In this document: piece after piece, positions 12,499 through 24,420 of the stretch
Layout of the letters: every line of letters begins with the position of its first letter
Position numbering within the stretch: position 1 is the stretch's first letter
NCBI RefSeq assembly: GCF_006345805.1
Contig: NC_043000.1
Coordinates: 123,442,001-123,506,000 of the forward strand
DNA from: Octopus sinensis
Lineage: Eukaryota
Length of the DNA: 64,000 bases
Direction of reading: 5' to 3'
Notes under the pieces: generated by a model
Seen by the model: only the letters and a program-made list of their open reading frames with translations
Told to the model about the DNA's origin: nothing
Database searches by the model: none
Translations under genes and position numbers: made by a program

Positions 12499-12651
12499 CA
12501 GGTACACAATCGACTATCCGAAACTTTTGGTTCTAAAGTCTTTCCGGATCACTGATTATATCCGAACCAGCGGTTGTCACCTAGGTCAACACACTCTAAA
12601 TTAAACAAATATTAAATTTAGTTGAATAATTAAATGAAATACGGGTACCTG
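12499..12651. mobile_element. Possible Tc1/pogo-type MITE
   Basis: TA-CAGGTAC ... GTACCTG-TA; only 7-bp terminal inverted repeats. Confidence 0.3.
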
Positions 12652-12842
12652 TAACATTTGTATACATGATGCAGGTTTCTTAATACCGTACTGTGCAAGG
12701 TGGCAGTAATTTAACCTGACGGCCGCGGGAATTTGAAGATACTGATCGTAAATAAGTGCGAATCATAAGAGGTCTCGAGTCATCGGTATCCGAGATGTGG
12801 GTATCATACTTGAAGTCAACCAGTCCAATCTGAGAATATAAC

Positions 12843-13025
12843 CGGTTGTCTCTCCGCTAAGGGTACAAGAACGAAAGGCAAACCCAACTTCAATGCTGGA
12901 ATTGAATTTTGAATAGTAAGACACTACACGAGAAAACATAAATCCGGCAGTGTGCCAAATATTCTGACATCATAGACATTCATACTTAAACGTGTCAAGA
13001 TGGAATTAATTATGGAAACAAATTT
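12843..13025. repeat. Old dispersed repeat, second copy ~16300-16490
   Basis: Shared TCCGGC.GTGTGCCAAATA.TCTGACATCATA.ACATT..TA.TTAAACGTGT segment. Confidence 0.65.
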
Positions 13026-13432
13026 ATCAATGAGAAAGTAGCCCAGCTCTTTAAAGATGTATAATAATAATTATATATATATATAATTATTATTATTATT
13101 ATACATCTTTAAAGATATATATATGAGACAAAATATTCACATAATCGACCAGTTCCGTTAATGCTAATCATAACACATTAGTTAGTGATAATGTTACAAT
13201 TTCATGCTAGACAGACCTTATCAAAGCAATGGCCTTGGCTAGAATATAGTCAGCAACGTTGACTGATTTGCACCAGCAGACCACCGCAGTCGTGGAAATT
13301 TACACCGTTTTACCATAAGAGAAACATTTTCGCTACGGTAACTGCAGTGAATTTGTCTTTTAGCAGTTGAAATATATCACAAACAATATTTTAACTAACC
13401 TAGAGTTTGCTCATGCCTAAACACTGCTTGGA

Positions 13433-13731
13433 TGGAGGGACATGGCCTAGTGGTTAGAGTAGCGGACTCGCGGTCGATGGATCGTGGGTTCGAATCTCAG
13501 AACAGGCGATGTGTGTGTTTATGAGCGAAACACCTAAGCTCCACGCGGCTCCGGCAGAAGGTAATGGCGAACCTCTGCTGACTATTTCGCCACAACTTTC
13601 TCTCACTCTTTCCTCCTGCATCTTGCAGCTCACCTGCGACGGACCGGCATCCCGTCCAGGTGGGGAACCTATACACCAAGGAGACCGGGAAACCGGCCCT
13701 AATGAACCAGGCATGGTTCGAGCAGGAAACG
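13433..13731 (+). mobile_element. SINE family C variant, full length with 14-bp TSD
   Basis: AAACACTGCTTGGA at 13419-13432 and 13732-13745; A box TGGCCTAGTGG, B box GGTTCGAATCT. Confidence 0.92.
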
Positions 13732-14085
13732 AAACACTGCTTGGAGCTAATATTACAGAAATTTCCACGACCACAGTGGTCTATTGGCGCAAATCAGTCA
13801 ATGTTGTTGACTGTATTATAGTCGTTTCCTCTCTTAGACATTTCCCATTGATAACGGCTAACAAGCTAGAAACATTGATCTGGGAATCCGATAGGCGGTG
13901 ACTCTGTACAGATATAGTGTTTTTACACCTTTATAGCAAAAGAGAATTTTTCTCTGCAGTAAAAACTGAATTTGCCCTTTAGCAGTTGAAATATATCACC
14001 AACATATTTTAGCTAACTAAAATTTTGCATGTAGCCATTACACACATTTTTTTCTCTCTCTCCTTGTGTTACTTTCTCTCTGTTA

Positions 14086-14121
14086 CTTTCTGTAGAAGAG
14101 CGTAGGCTCGAAACGTAAAAG
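14086..14121 (+). ncRNA. Minimal type I hammerhead ribozyme motif (core variant CUGUAGA)
   Basis: cttt-CTGTAGA-A-GAGC gtag GCTC-GAAAC-GTA-aaag; stem III is the palindrome ACGT. Confidence 0.65.
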
Positions 14122-14235
14122 ACTTTTTTCAATTCCTGAGCGTTATATTAATACATCTGTTTGTTTTCTACACCACATGTCTTCGTCTTTTGTTTTTTTC
14201 GTGAATTCTCCCCTATATGTATGTATATATATATA

Positions 14236-14291
<56 letters not shown>

Positions 14292-14928
14292 GGCTCTGTG
14301 TGAATCATCTTTTCACAAGCATAAAGTACGCGCATCAGTAAAACAGTAGGATCAGTAAAACAATATTTAATGAATAATGTTATGTCCGAAAGGCAATATG
14401 TGAGGTGATTTTCAATGGTTAAAGCGGACCACAAGGTTGAATATATTCAACAACATCGACTGGACTGCTATCGTGTAAATTCCATAGCAATAAATTGCAT
14501 TTGCAAACCAGGAGCTTTGAGGTGTCTAATGCCTACACAGAAAAGACAACCTACGTAACGACAGTTGGAAAATGCCTTTGGTCTTTGTTAAAGGATATTG
14601 CTAGAAGTTATATCATTTGGAAATTTTCTGTTAGACCAAGCTTCTGGAACTGCAGGCTTGGTCTAATGGTCTAAGTATGGAGTAACTTTATCGACAATAT
14701 TCCATGTTATTGGATTATGTTCAGATCCTTATCTACGTTTCTAGAACTGGTATAGGTGTGAGGAGTCTTCCCTACACTTTGACAGCTTTCGAAACATATT
14801 TAGGAATTCTTATTTCAAAGCTAAGTATATCCGCTTAAACGTGAAAGACCATCTTTTTAGATATGCTAATAAGATTGTTATTAAATACACCTTCTTCAAA
14901 ACTATTAATTACATAGCTAAATATATTG

Positions 14929-16170
14929 GTTTCAAATTTTGACACAAGGCCAGCAATTTCGGGGAGGGTAAATTCATTATATCGGCCCCACTGCTTAATT
15001 GGATCTTATTTTATCGACCCTGAAGGGGTGAAAGGTAAAGTCGATCTCGATGGAATTTGAACTCAAAACATAAAGACCAATGGAATACCGCTAGACATTT
15101 TGTCTGGCGTGCTAACGATTCTGCCAGCTCGCCGCCTTAGACACAGCTAAATATATTCTTTTCTACTCTAGGCACAAGGCTCGAAATTTTGGGGGAGGGC
15201 GCCAGTCGATTAGATCAACCCCAATATGCAACTGGTACTTAATTTATCGACCTCCGAAAGGATGAAAGGCAAAGTCGACCTCGACGGAATTTGAACTCAG
15301 AGCGTAAAGACAACGAATTACCGCGTGCTAACGTTTCTTATTTGTTTATTGCCCGCAAGGGGCTAAACACAGAGGGAACAAACAAGGACAGACAAAGAGA
15401 TTAAGTCGATTACATCGACCCCAGTGCGTAACTGGTACTTAATTTATCGACCCCGAAATGATGAAAAGCAAAGTCAACCTCGGCGGAATTTGAACTCAGA
15501 ACGTAACGGCAGACGAAATACCTATTTCTTTACTACCCACAAGGGGCTAAACACAGAGAGGACAAACAAGGACAGGCAAACGGATTAAGTCGATTATATC
15601 GACCCCAGTGCGTAACTGATACTTATTTAATCGACCCCGAAAGGATGAAAGGCAAGGTCGGCCTCGGCGGAATTTGAACTCAGAATGTAACGACGGGCGA
15701 AATATGGCTACGCATTTCACCCGGCGTGCTAACGTTTCTACCAGCTCGCCGCCTTTTAATGTTCCTTCTCGAGCCATGCTAGGCGTAGAAATTCCCCACC
15801 TGGACGGGACGCCGGTCCGTCGCAGGATTACTCATTTATGCCAGCTGAGTAGACTTAAGCAACGTGAAGTGAAGTGTTTTGCTCAAGAACACAACGCATC
15901 GCCCGGTCCAGGAATCGAAACCACAACCTTATGATCATGAGTTCAACACCCTAACCACTAAGCCACGTGCCTCCACTTAACGGCAGACAAAATACCTAGG
16001 TATTAAGTCGATTACATCGACCCCAGTGCGTAACTGGTACTTAATTTATCGATCCCGAAAGGATGAAAGGCAAAGTCGACCTCGGCGGAATTTGAACTCA
16101 CAACGTAACGGCAGACGAAATACCGCTAAGCATTTCGCCCGGCGTGCTCACGTTTCTGCCAGCTCGCTGC
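14929..16170 (-). mobile_element. Cluster of about five SINE-A units plus one SINE-D (~15757-15977)
   Basis: Repeated SINE-A bodies joined tail to head; target-like sequence ACA(T/C)AGCTAAATATATT at ~14910, ~15141 and ~16171. Confidence 0.88.
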
Positions 16171-16587
16171 TTTACATAGCTAAATATATTGCGTTATAAA
16201 AGCAAGTGTTAGTATCAACTCACCACAAATATATCTTTTACCCTATATCACTCGATATGAGAGATTTATAATCAACTGATCCTGTCTAACTTCATTGCGG
16301 GTTGTCTCTTTGCCGAAGCATACTGGAATGAAATTAAGGTCAACTCCTGTGGGGAGATTTGAATATTAAATTGCAAGAGACTAAACAAGGAAATATAAAT
16401 CGATGTTTCCGGCTGTGTGCCAAATACTCTGACATCATACACATTTATAATTAAACGTGTTGTAATGAAATTAATTATTGAAACAACTTTGATGAACCTC
16501 GCCTTGCCAACAAGAAAGCAGTTTCGCTATTTATAACACAAATAATGTATGTATATGTATATAGGTAGGTATGTATGTATGTATGTA

Positions 16588-16980
16588 AGGCGTAGGAGTG
16601 GCTGTGTGGTAAGTAGCTTACTTACGAACCACATTATTCCTGGTTCAGTTCCACTGCGTGGCACCTTGGGCAAGTGTCTTCTACTATAGCCTCGGGCTGA
16701 CCAAAGCCTTGTGAGTGGATTTGGTAGAAGGAAACCGAAAGAAGCCCGTCGTATATATGTATATATATATGTGTGCATGAGTGTTTGTGTTTGTCCTCCC
16801 AACATCGCTTGACAACCGATGCTGGTGTGTTTACGTCCCCGTAACTTAGCGGTTTGGAAAAAGAGACCGATAGAATAAGTACTAGGCTTACAAAGAATAA
16901 GTCCTGAGGTCGATTTGCTCGACTAAAGGCGGTGCTCCAGCATGACCACAGTCAAATGACTGAATCAAGTAAAAGAGTAT
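16588..16980 (+). mobile_element. SINE-B, full length
   Basis: Head, microsatellite middle and GTAAAAGAG tail. Confidence 0.92.
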
Positions 16981-17244
16981 GTATGTATGTATGTATGTAT
17001 GGGTTGGACAAAATGCCTAGCAGCATTTCGTCCGGCTTCACGTTCTGAGTTAAATTTGCACCGAAGTCGACTTCGCCTTTCATCCTTTTTGGGTCGATAA
17101 AATAAGTACCAGTTGAACACTGGAGGTCGATGTAACTGACAAGTCCCCTTTCCCCGCGAACATTTCAGGTCTTTGTGCCTATCGTAGAAAGTATGTGTGT
17201 AACTAACATCATTAGGGAATAACATAAACATTACAACACCCGAT

Positions 17245-18113
17245 TAGGACCAGATTAAGACCCATAGAGGCTGTAAGCACTTAAAAGGTTTTGGTACCTT
17301 CAAAAACATGTAAACGGTTCAAAATGTAAGCAAAAATTATTCAAAATGTAACCGATAATGAACCATAAAATAAATTTTTATTTTTCAAAATGAAACAGTA
17401 AGATGGAGAACAATGTTTACTTTTGTATGCTTCCACTTTATTTATATTTGAAACGTATTCTTTTATTTTTTTTAGTTTAATTGCAAAATCTTCGATGATA
17501 TCGTTAAAATTAAATTTAAGTAAAAATTCTGCTTCTATACTTTGTAGAGATAAGGCATTACGAATATCATTTTGGCAAGTTTAAAGTGATCTCTTTCATG
17601 CCGTAAATCATTTCTTATTTCTTTACTGCCCACAAGGGGCTAAACACAGAGAGGACAAACAAGGACAGACAAACGGATTAAGTCAATTATATCAACCCCA
17701 GTACGTAACTGGTACTTAATTTATCGATCCCAAAAGGATGAAAGGCGAAGTCGACCTCGGCGGAATTTGAACTCAGAACGTAGCGGCAGATGAAATACCT
17801 ATTTCTTTACTACACACAAGGGGCTAAACACAGAGGGGACAAACAAGGACAGACAAACCGATTAAGTCGATTACATCGACTCCAGTGCGTAACTGGTACT
17901 TATTTAATCGACCCCGAAAGGATGAAAGGCAAAGTCGACCTCGGCGGAATTTGAACTCAGAACGTAGCGGCAGACGAAATACCGCTAAGCATTTTGCCCG
18001 GCGTGCTAACGTTTCTGCCAGCTCGGCGACTTAACCATTTTCATTTCTGTGGTGCCCTCCTTACCTTGATGCCCTAAGCACGTGCTTATTTTACTTAATG
18101 GTTAATCCAGCTC
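17245..18113. mobile_element. Possible non-autonomous hAT-like element carrying a SINE-A dimer
   Basis: Degenerate inverted ends (GGACCAGATTAAG / TTAATCCAGCTCC) with subterminal TAAGCAC motifs at both sides. Confidence 0.35.
17612..18033 (-). mobile_element. SINE-A head-to-tail dimer
   Basis: Junction GATGAAATACC|TATTTCTTTACTAC at ~17800; flanks AATCATTT/AACCATTT may be a TSD. Confidence 0.9.
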
Positions 18114-19615
18114 CCAATACATTTTTCTTCTTCTTCTTCTATTTTCATACCTATATGAGACCCAATTATTTATATTGATTATGGAGTAATTGAATAATCG
18201 ATATTGGAATGATTAATTTGGTGAACGGGGAGTTATTTACTGTAAGAAGAGACAGATGATTATATATTAATAACCTGTCGGTAAACAACTTGAAAGAAAT
18301 TACTTTCGGCTGAGACAGCTTCCTTGACACTGGGAAATATTCGGCGTAGAAATTGGCAAAGGAAAGGGGATGAAAGAAAAAGAAAGAAAAGAAAAAGGTC
18401 TGAGGAATCGATTTACTGAAAATGAAGGAATGTATTTCCATTCCTAGTGACGAAACAAATTTATTCATAGAGACTAAAGAATGTATTCATAGAATAGAAG
18501 GAAATTAATCATACAAATAATTGGACAGAAATAATAAAAAGAATAATTATTATTTCAGGCAAAATGTGAGTGATTATTCATGAAGAAGACAAAAGTTGTT
18601 ATTTTATGAAGAGCAAAGAATATGCTCTTCATCTTTGGATTGGAAGAATTGTTAGAATGTCGGGGTAAAACGCTTTGTGGTGTATATTTTGGTTTTTTAC
18701 GTTCTGTGTTCAATTCCCATCGAGGTCAACTTTGCCTTTTCGAGCCTTGTACCTAAAGTAGAAAAGATTCATAATACAGAGGCTGGGAGCCTATTTCAGT
18801 TCGGGAGGGAATCGTCATCACACGTCACTTAGTCGTAAACACGTCATATAGCTGCAATAGACTGCTGTGTCACCAACAATTATGTGATTTCTCTAAGACA
18901 TCCTATCAAGTCCACTTACACATTTCTCAATACATACTGCTATTATGACTTCCCTCTCTCATTTTATGCCTCCATCGTAGATGGGTAGATTTACTAGTCT
19001 ATTGAGTTGATCCGAGGTTAAATATCTTCATTAATGTTTTCTTAATGAAGTCCGATTATATAGGTGAAAGAAATATCGTTGCCTATGTACTTTTCAGCTG
19101 GGAAATAAGCTAAACCCGTTTGGAAATTTAAACTCTGCCATGGGTTTCATTTCCCCCAAAATTTACAGCTAAAATAAAAAAGTATTTGACATTTTCATAT
19201 TGAAATATTTTCTACTATACTGTCGTATTTAGATTATGTATAAAGACTTAATTGCGAAAGATTCCTAATCCGCTAAATGACACTATTAGGTTCTCTGATG
19301 GTGAAGGGGATACTTTTTGATTTTTTTTTTTAATTTCTCATCTTTTTTATATACCTCCGAATGTCTAACCATGCATTATAAATGCTTGAGGCGGAGAACT
19401 GGTAGGATCGTTAGCACGCCGTTGTACAGTTAGTCATTTGTGACCACAATGCGAGAGAAGGTTAGTGTGTTTGAGACTGCTGTTGTTACTACTGTTGTTG
19501 TTGTTATTATTATTATTATTATTATTGTTGTTGAAGCGACTCGCGCGTGTTGTTGTTATTTGCTGTTATTGTTTTTGCTCTTTTTCTCCCCATTTTGAGT
19601 GAGGAAATAAGTAGC

Positions 19616-21350
19616 ATGGAAAGCTACGCAAAAACTGCTGCAGCAAAGACAGCTACGCCGCTGGAAGCAAGATACGTAAAGGTTAACAGAGAAGAAATCG
19701 AGAAAAGTGGCTGTGTGGTAAGTAGCTTGCTTACCAACCACATGGTTCCGGGTTCTCTCCCACTGCGTGGTACCTTGGGCAAGTGTCTTCTACTACAGCC
19801 TCGGGCCGACCAAAACCTTGTGAGTGGATTTGGTAGACGGAAGCTGAAAGAAGCCCGTCGTATATATGTGTATATATGATAATATAAATAATATATAAAT
19901 ATATGCATATATACATACATATATGTACATACCTACATATATATGTATATATACATGCATATATGGATACAGAACATCAAAAAAAAAAAACGTTGAACAC
20001 AATGAGAAACAAAAACATAAAAACAAAAACATAGAAACGAACTTTTTTTTAAACAACGAAAAAATAGAGAAATGCGACATACAACATAAAGAATATTCCC
20101 CTTCTTCAGTTGTCCCCGTTTCATCTACTCCGCGTTATGTGTGTATATGTTCGTGTGTCTGTGTTCGTCCCCCAACCATCGCTTGACAACCGATGCTGGT
20201 GTGTTTACATCCCCGTAACATAGTGGTTCAGCAAAAGAGACTGATAGAATAAGTACTAGGCTTACAAAGAATAAGTCCTGGGGTCGATTTGCTCTGCTAA
20301 AGGCAGTGTTCCAGCAAGGCCGCAGTCAAATGACTGAAACAAGTAAAAGAGTAAAGAGTAAAAGAGTTTGTGAAGAAGGGGGAGACGCCATTAAGCTGGT
20401 CCCCCCACAGAAATCATTAAACGAAAAGACGGTGGTGTACCGCACGCAAGCGATCGCCACAAAGAAAATAGAAAAGCTATTAGAAGAAGACGTGGAGGAA
20501 TGCCTGGGCGATATTATGAAGAAGGCAACATTAGACAACAGAGGGAGGAGATGTGGCACAGTGGAGGTGAGGTATGCAACCAAAGAAGAGGCGGCCTCAC
20601 ACTCCACTGCTGTCCTGAGGTCGGACAAGGTGGCGTTGCCACCCACGTATAAGGGAAGGCGTCATGTCCCGATCAGGATAGCAAGAGTGCCACCTGAAAT
20701 TCAAACAGAGTGGTTTGTGGCAGATATTCTGGCTGCACTGAGGACCAGCCAGAACTTGGAGCAGTAGGAAGGACGAATACGCTGAACTGGTGGGGAAGCG
20801 GAGTTGAGATGTGGCTTTTTGCCACATTCGAGGATATAGAAAGGCCTCCCTACTAGATTTGAGAACGCGGAAGAGAGTTCTTTAAAGGTGATAGTAGAAG
20901 GCCGTAGACCCAATTGTTACATTTGCGGAGAAAGGGGGCACATGAAGTCAAAGTGTCCCTTGTATGAGCCTAAGCAGAATGAACTGACGCAGAGTGAGAA
21001 AGAGCGATAGAAGGAATAGAGGAAACAAAAACAGAAATGAAGAGAAGCAAAAGAAATACAAAAGAGAAGGAGAGGATTGAGGAAGAAACGAGAGTGGCAA
21101 AAGAGGGGTGTGACGGGTTCGTTAGCCCCAAAAGGAGGGAAAAAGCAAGAGCTAAGAAAAACTCAGAGAGAGTAGCAACAGAAGCGGAAGAGATGGCAAA
21201 AAGTGTAAAGACAGTATAAATCCACGGATGAAGTAGAAAAGACACCAGTTGGAAAAAACCAGAAGCAAAGAAATCAGAAGGAAAAGAAACCAGAAGCAAA
21301 AGAAACCAGAAGAGAAAAAGGAGTACAAGCATAAGGGATTTTTTTTTATC
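19616..21350 (+). pseudogene. LINE ORF1 (gag-like, CCHC zinc knuckle), L1/Tx1-like, disrupted
   Basis: Starts MESYAKTAAAK (19616), split by SINE-B, resumes EEGGDAIKLVPP..., then KVIVEGRRPN-CYICGERGHMKSKC (C-x2-C-x4-H-x4-C, 20915-20956) and a K/E-rich tail; contains stops and frameshifts. Confidence 0.75.
19707..20366 (+). mobile_element. SINE-B with expanded middle, inserted in LINE ORF1
   Basis: Head at 19707, tail GTAAAAGAG repeats at ~20342-20366; extra A-rich sequence inside the microsatellite. Confidence 0.9.
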
Positions 21351-21559
21351 TATTACAAGAACAACATAGAGGTGGAGAAACGTATATCTAAATGGAAGAA
21401 CTTGATAAGAATAAAGTTGCCCAGAGATAGGTTCGGGGAAAATAAGAGATGTGTAATGGTGAACGACGAAAGGTGTGGATTTGTTTTTAATACTTTCAGG
21501 GAATTATGATGGTTGACAAGCCGGTATTGTTTAATTCAATGCCTCCTGTGGTAGAATTT

Positions 21560-22413
21560 TTAAGGTTAGAAATTTTATACAAGGCATAATGAACATGTAC
21601 AATTTTTAGGAATATAAAAAGACGATTTAAAAATGTAAACGTTTTCGTGGAAAAAAATGGGAAAAAATGAGAAATTTTTTGTGTAAAAAATGAGAATGGA
21701 AAGAGAGAAAAACTGTCTAAATGTAACCACTCGACTTCGGGGGTCTATTTCTTTTATTACCCTCAAGGGGCCAAATACAGAATGATCCAATTACAAGGCA
21801 AACATATACAAAGACAAACTTGGGGAACTTAAAATACAAAAGAAGATGAAATAAAAATATAAAAAAATTAAAAGAAACGAATGGTAATATGAAAAGAGTA
21901 TAAAATGAGGCGCAATGCCCACTCGATCCCCGAAATCGAGTGGTTACATTTCGACAGCTTTTTCCTTTTCAATGCACATTTCTATAGTCTTTTTTTTTCT
22001 TCACTAATTACTAACAAACTTCTAATTTTTCCAACTCTTCAACTTCAGTTTCCGAAGATGGAATTTCAGGCAATAGAAAACTTTTCACATCATATGAAAT
22101 TTCAGCAATTTCTTTCTCAAATTTATAATACTTTTCACAAGGCATTAAAATTCCCTTATCACCTACATCAAAATTGTCTTCCGACAACTTCACATTCACC
22201 AGTTTAACCACTCGACTTCGGGGTTGAGTGGGCATTGCGCCTCATTATATCATTTTTCATATTCTCATTCATTTCTTTGATTTCTTCCATACTCTAATTT
22301 CTTTTTCTATTTTTAGTTCCTCGAGTTTCTGCTATGTCTCGTGTTGTAGTGTCTTTATGTGTTGTATTTGTCAAAATTCTTTTTTCTATGTCTAGCCTGT
22401 TACTAGGTAATAA
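21560..22413. mobile_element. Three related putative LINE 3'-end fragments in +/-/+ orientation
   Basis: Shared TAACCACTCGA(C/T)TTCGGGG hairpin motif at ~21725 (+), ~21904-21947 (-) and ~22204-22245 (+); tails end GTAATAAA(A)GAAATA. Confidence 0.6.
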
Positions 22414-22980
22414 AGAAATAAGGATCGTTGGCACGCCAGGCATAACGCTCTGCGACATTTCGTCTGTCCTTATGTTCTGAATTCAAATTCCGCCGAAGTC
22501 AACTTTGCCTTTTCATCTTTTCGGAATCGATAAAATAAGAACCAGTTGAGTTACTCCCTCCCCAGAAATTACTGGTCCTGTGCCGAAATTTGAAACCTAT
22601 ATGTCATGAAATGCTGTCTGTCTGTCTGTATTCCTTGGAATTTAATATCACTTAATGAACTAGAAGTAAATAATAAAGTCTTTACAGCGAATGATTTTTG
22701 AATTACAAAAACTTGTATTTCTCTGACAAATTAAACGTAAAACTATTTTAGTGTAGAGTGAAAGGACATCATTAACAACAAGGAAAGCACCCAACCATGA
22801 ATTAACATTTTCGTAAAACATTTACTCTGTCGGAACACGGGATCAGACGGTTCCACAAGACTACACCAAAGAATTTCCAATACTTTCATTGTTTATCACA
22901 CAACGAGAGAAGAAATCCAACACATACTATAGTAGGCGAATTTTTTGGTTGCTTATGACAGCCCATCAGAGGTGATTATA

Positions 22981-23212
22981 TATTTCTTTATTGCCCACAA
23001 GGGGCTAAACATACAGGGGACAAACAAGGACAGACATAGGGATTAAGTCGATTACATCGACCCCAGTGCGAAACTAGTATTTATTTATCGACCCCGAAAG
23101 GATGAAAGGCAAAGTCGACCTCGGCGGAATTTGAACTCAGAACGTAACGGCAGACGAAATACCGCTAAGCATTTCGCCCGGCGCGCTAACGAGTCTGCCA
23201 GCTCGCCGCCTT
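22981..23212 (-). mobile_element. SINE-A monomer, young, with 16-bp TSD
   Basis: ATCAGAGGTGATTATA at 22965-22980 and 23213-23228; CpGs retained. The central GGTCGACTTTGCCTTTCATCCTTTCGGGGTCGATAAA..AGTACCAG resembles the Meta-SINE domain as I recall it (unverified). Confidence 0.95.
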
Positions 23213-23229
23213 ATCAGAGGTGATTATAG

Positions 23230-23670
23230 CGTCGATTTCTCTTCTTCCAACACATTGTCTCTCATGGGAGCTGACAAGATCAGTACAAGATAGGCAGATC
23301 TTGTAGCATTGAAAGCACCGAAAGTGACCGCGAACAACAGCCGCAGGGGTTTGATAACGATGTCTCCTCCTCTCTTCATGCAGTCTGGTGTTCGGTTTCA
23401 AAACGCTCTACTCCAACATCACAAATGGACCGCCATGCCTTCCGATTAATAACCAGGGGTCCAACCCATTGGGAGGGACTACACTGCATAAAATGAGAGA
23501 CTGCTTGAGATGATCAAGAAAATGAAGTTTCGGATGTCCATGAGGCCTAATCCAGTCTCGATATCAATGAAGAAGACCATCTTTGGGAACCGGTTACCCG
23601 GCATCCGAAACACATGGCCAACCCATGGCCATACCTCTCTTTGTCAATCGGAAATAGACAAACAGAAGTA
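23230..23670 (-). mobile_element. BovB-like RTE LINE 3' ORF fragment
   Basis: Minus frames: WVGHVFRMPGNRFPKMVFF, RPHGHPKLHFLDHLKQSL, then EERRRHR...FRCFQCYKICLS...SHERQC (terminal C2H2-like finger). Confidence 0.75.
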
Positions 23671-23679
23671 TTATTAACC

Positions 23680-23722
<43 letters not shown>

Positions 23723-23870
23723 AGTCCAATTCCTAGTATCTAATCTTACCATGAAATTAAATCCTACAAGGGCATTTTTGACATTAAGATCAAAGGAGTT
23801 TCTGTATTGCTTAACAATGTAAGAAATTATTTGAATAAATTTGGTTAACGGAAACTGTAGAAGCCTGTCG

Positions 23871-23977
23871 TGTATGTATGTATGTATGTATGTATGTATG
23901 TATGTATGTATGTATGTATGTATGTATGTATGTATGTATGTATGTATGTATGTATGTATGTATGTATGTATGTATGT
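23871..23977. repeat. (TATG)n tetranucleotide array in a SINE-B remnant
   Basis: Visible directly. Confidence 0.95.
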
Positions 23978-24420
23978 GTGTGTACGTGCGTGTGTGTGTG
24001 TGTCCTGGGTATAACATTAAACTGCATCCAGTGGTGAGGCTCCAGTTCGGGAGTTCCGGAGTTGTGGGGATTGTGGAGTCACCCCTTACTTACCATTATT
24101 CCCAAGCCCGTTCTGACCTGGAACGGTTGCATTTGGTAGGGTCCTATCCATGGGTTAAATAGATTCCCCACGAGTAGAGGAGGCTCCCGTTACTTTTGAC
24201 AAAGCCGTGGGGAACACAGCTCTTTTAGGAGCAAAATAGTCTTTTCTACACAAGGCACAAGGCCCGAAATTTTGGGGGAGGGGGTCAGTCGATTAGATCG
24301 ACCCCAGTGCGTCACTGGTACTTAATTTATCGACCTCGAAAGGATGAAAAGCAAAGTCTACCTCGTCGGAATTTGAAATCAGAATATAAAAACAGACGAA
24401 ATACCAGTAAACATTTTGCA

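Larger units (their letters stand above)
13250..14215 (+). mobile_element. Penelope-like pseudo-LTR complex (direct and inverted duplications), interrupted by a SINE
   Basis: Inverted repeat 13257-13301/13759-13803, direct repeat ~13346-13420/13963-14030, hammerhead motif at 14086-14121. Confidence 0.55.

Noticed and set aside
13433-13500. tRNA-like sequences at SINE heads (also 5258, 8217, 27782)
   Set aside because: A and B boxes are present but there is no complete cloverleaf and each continues into a SINE body.
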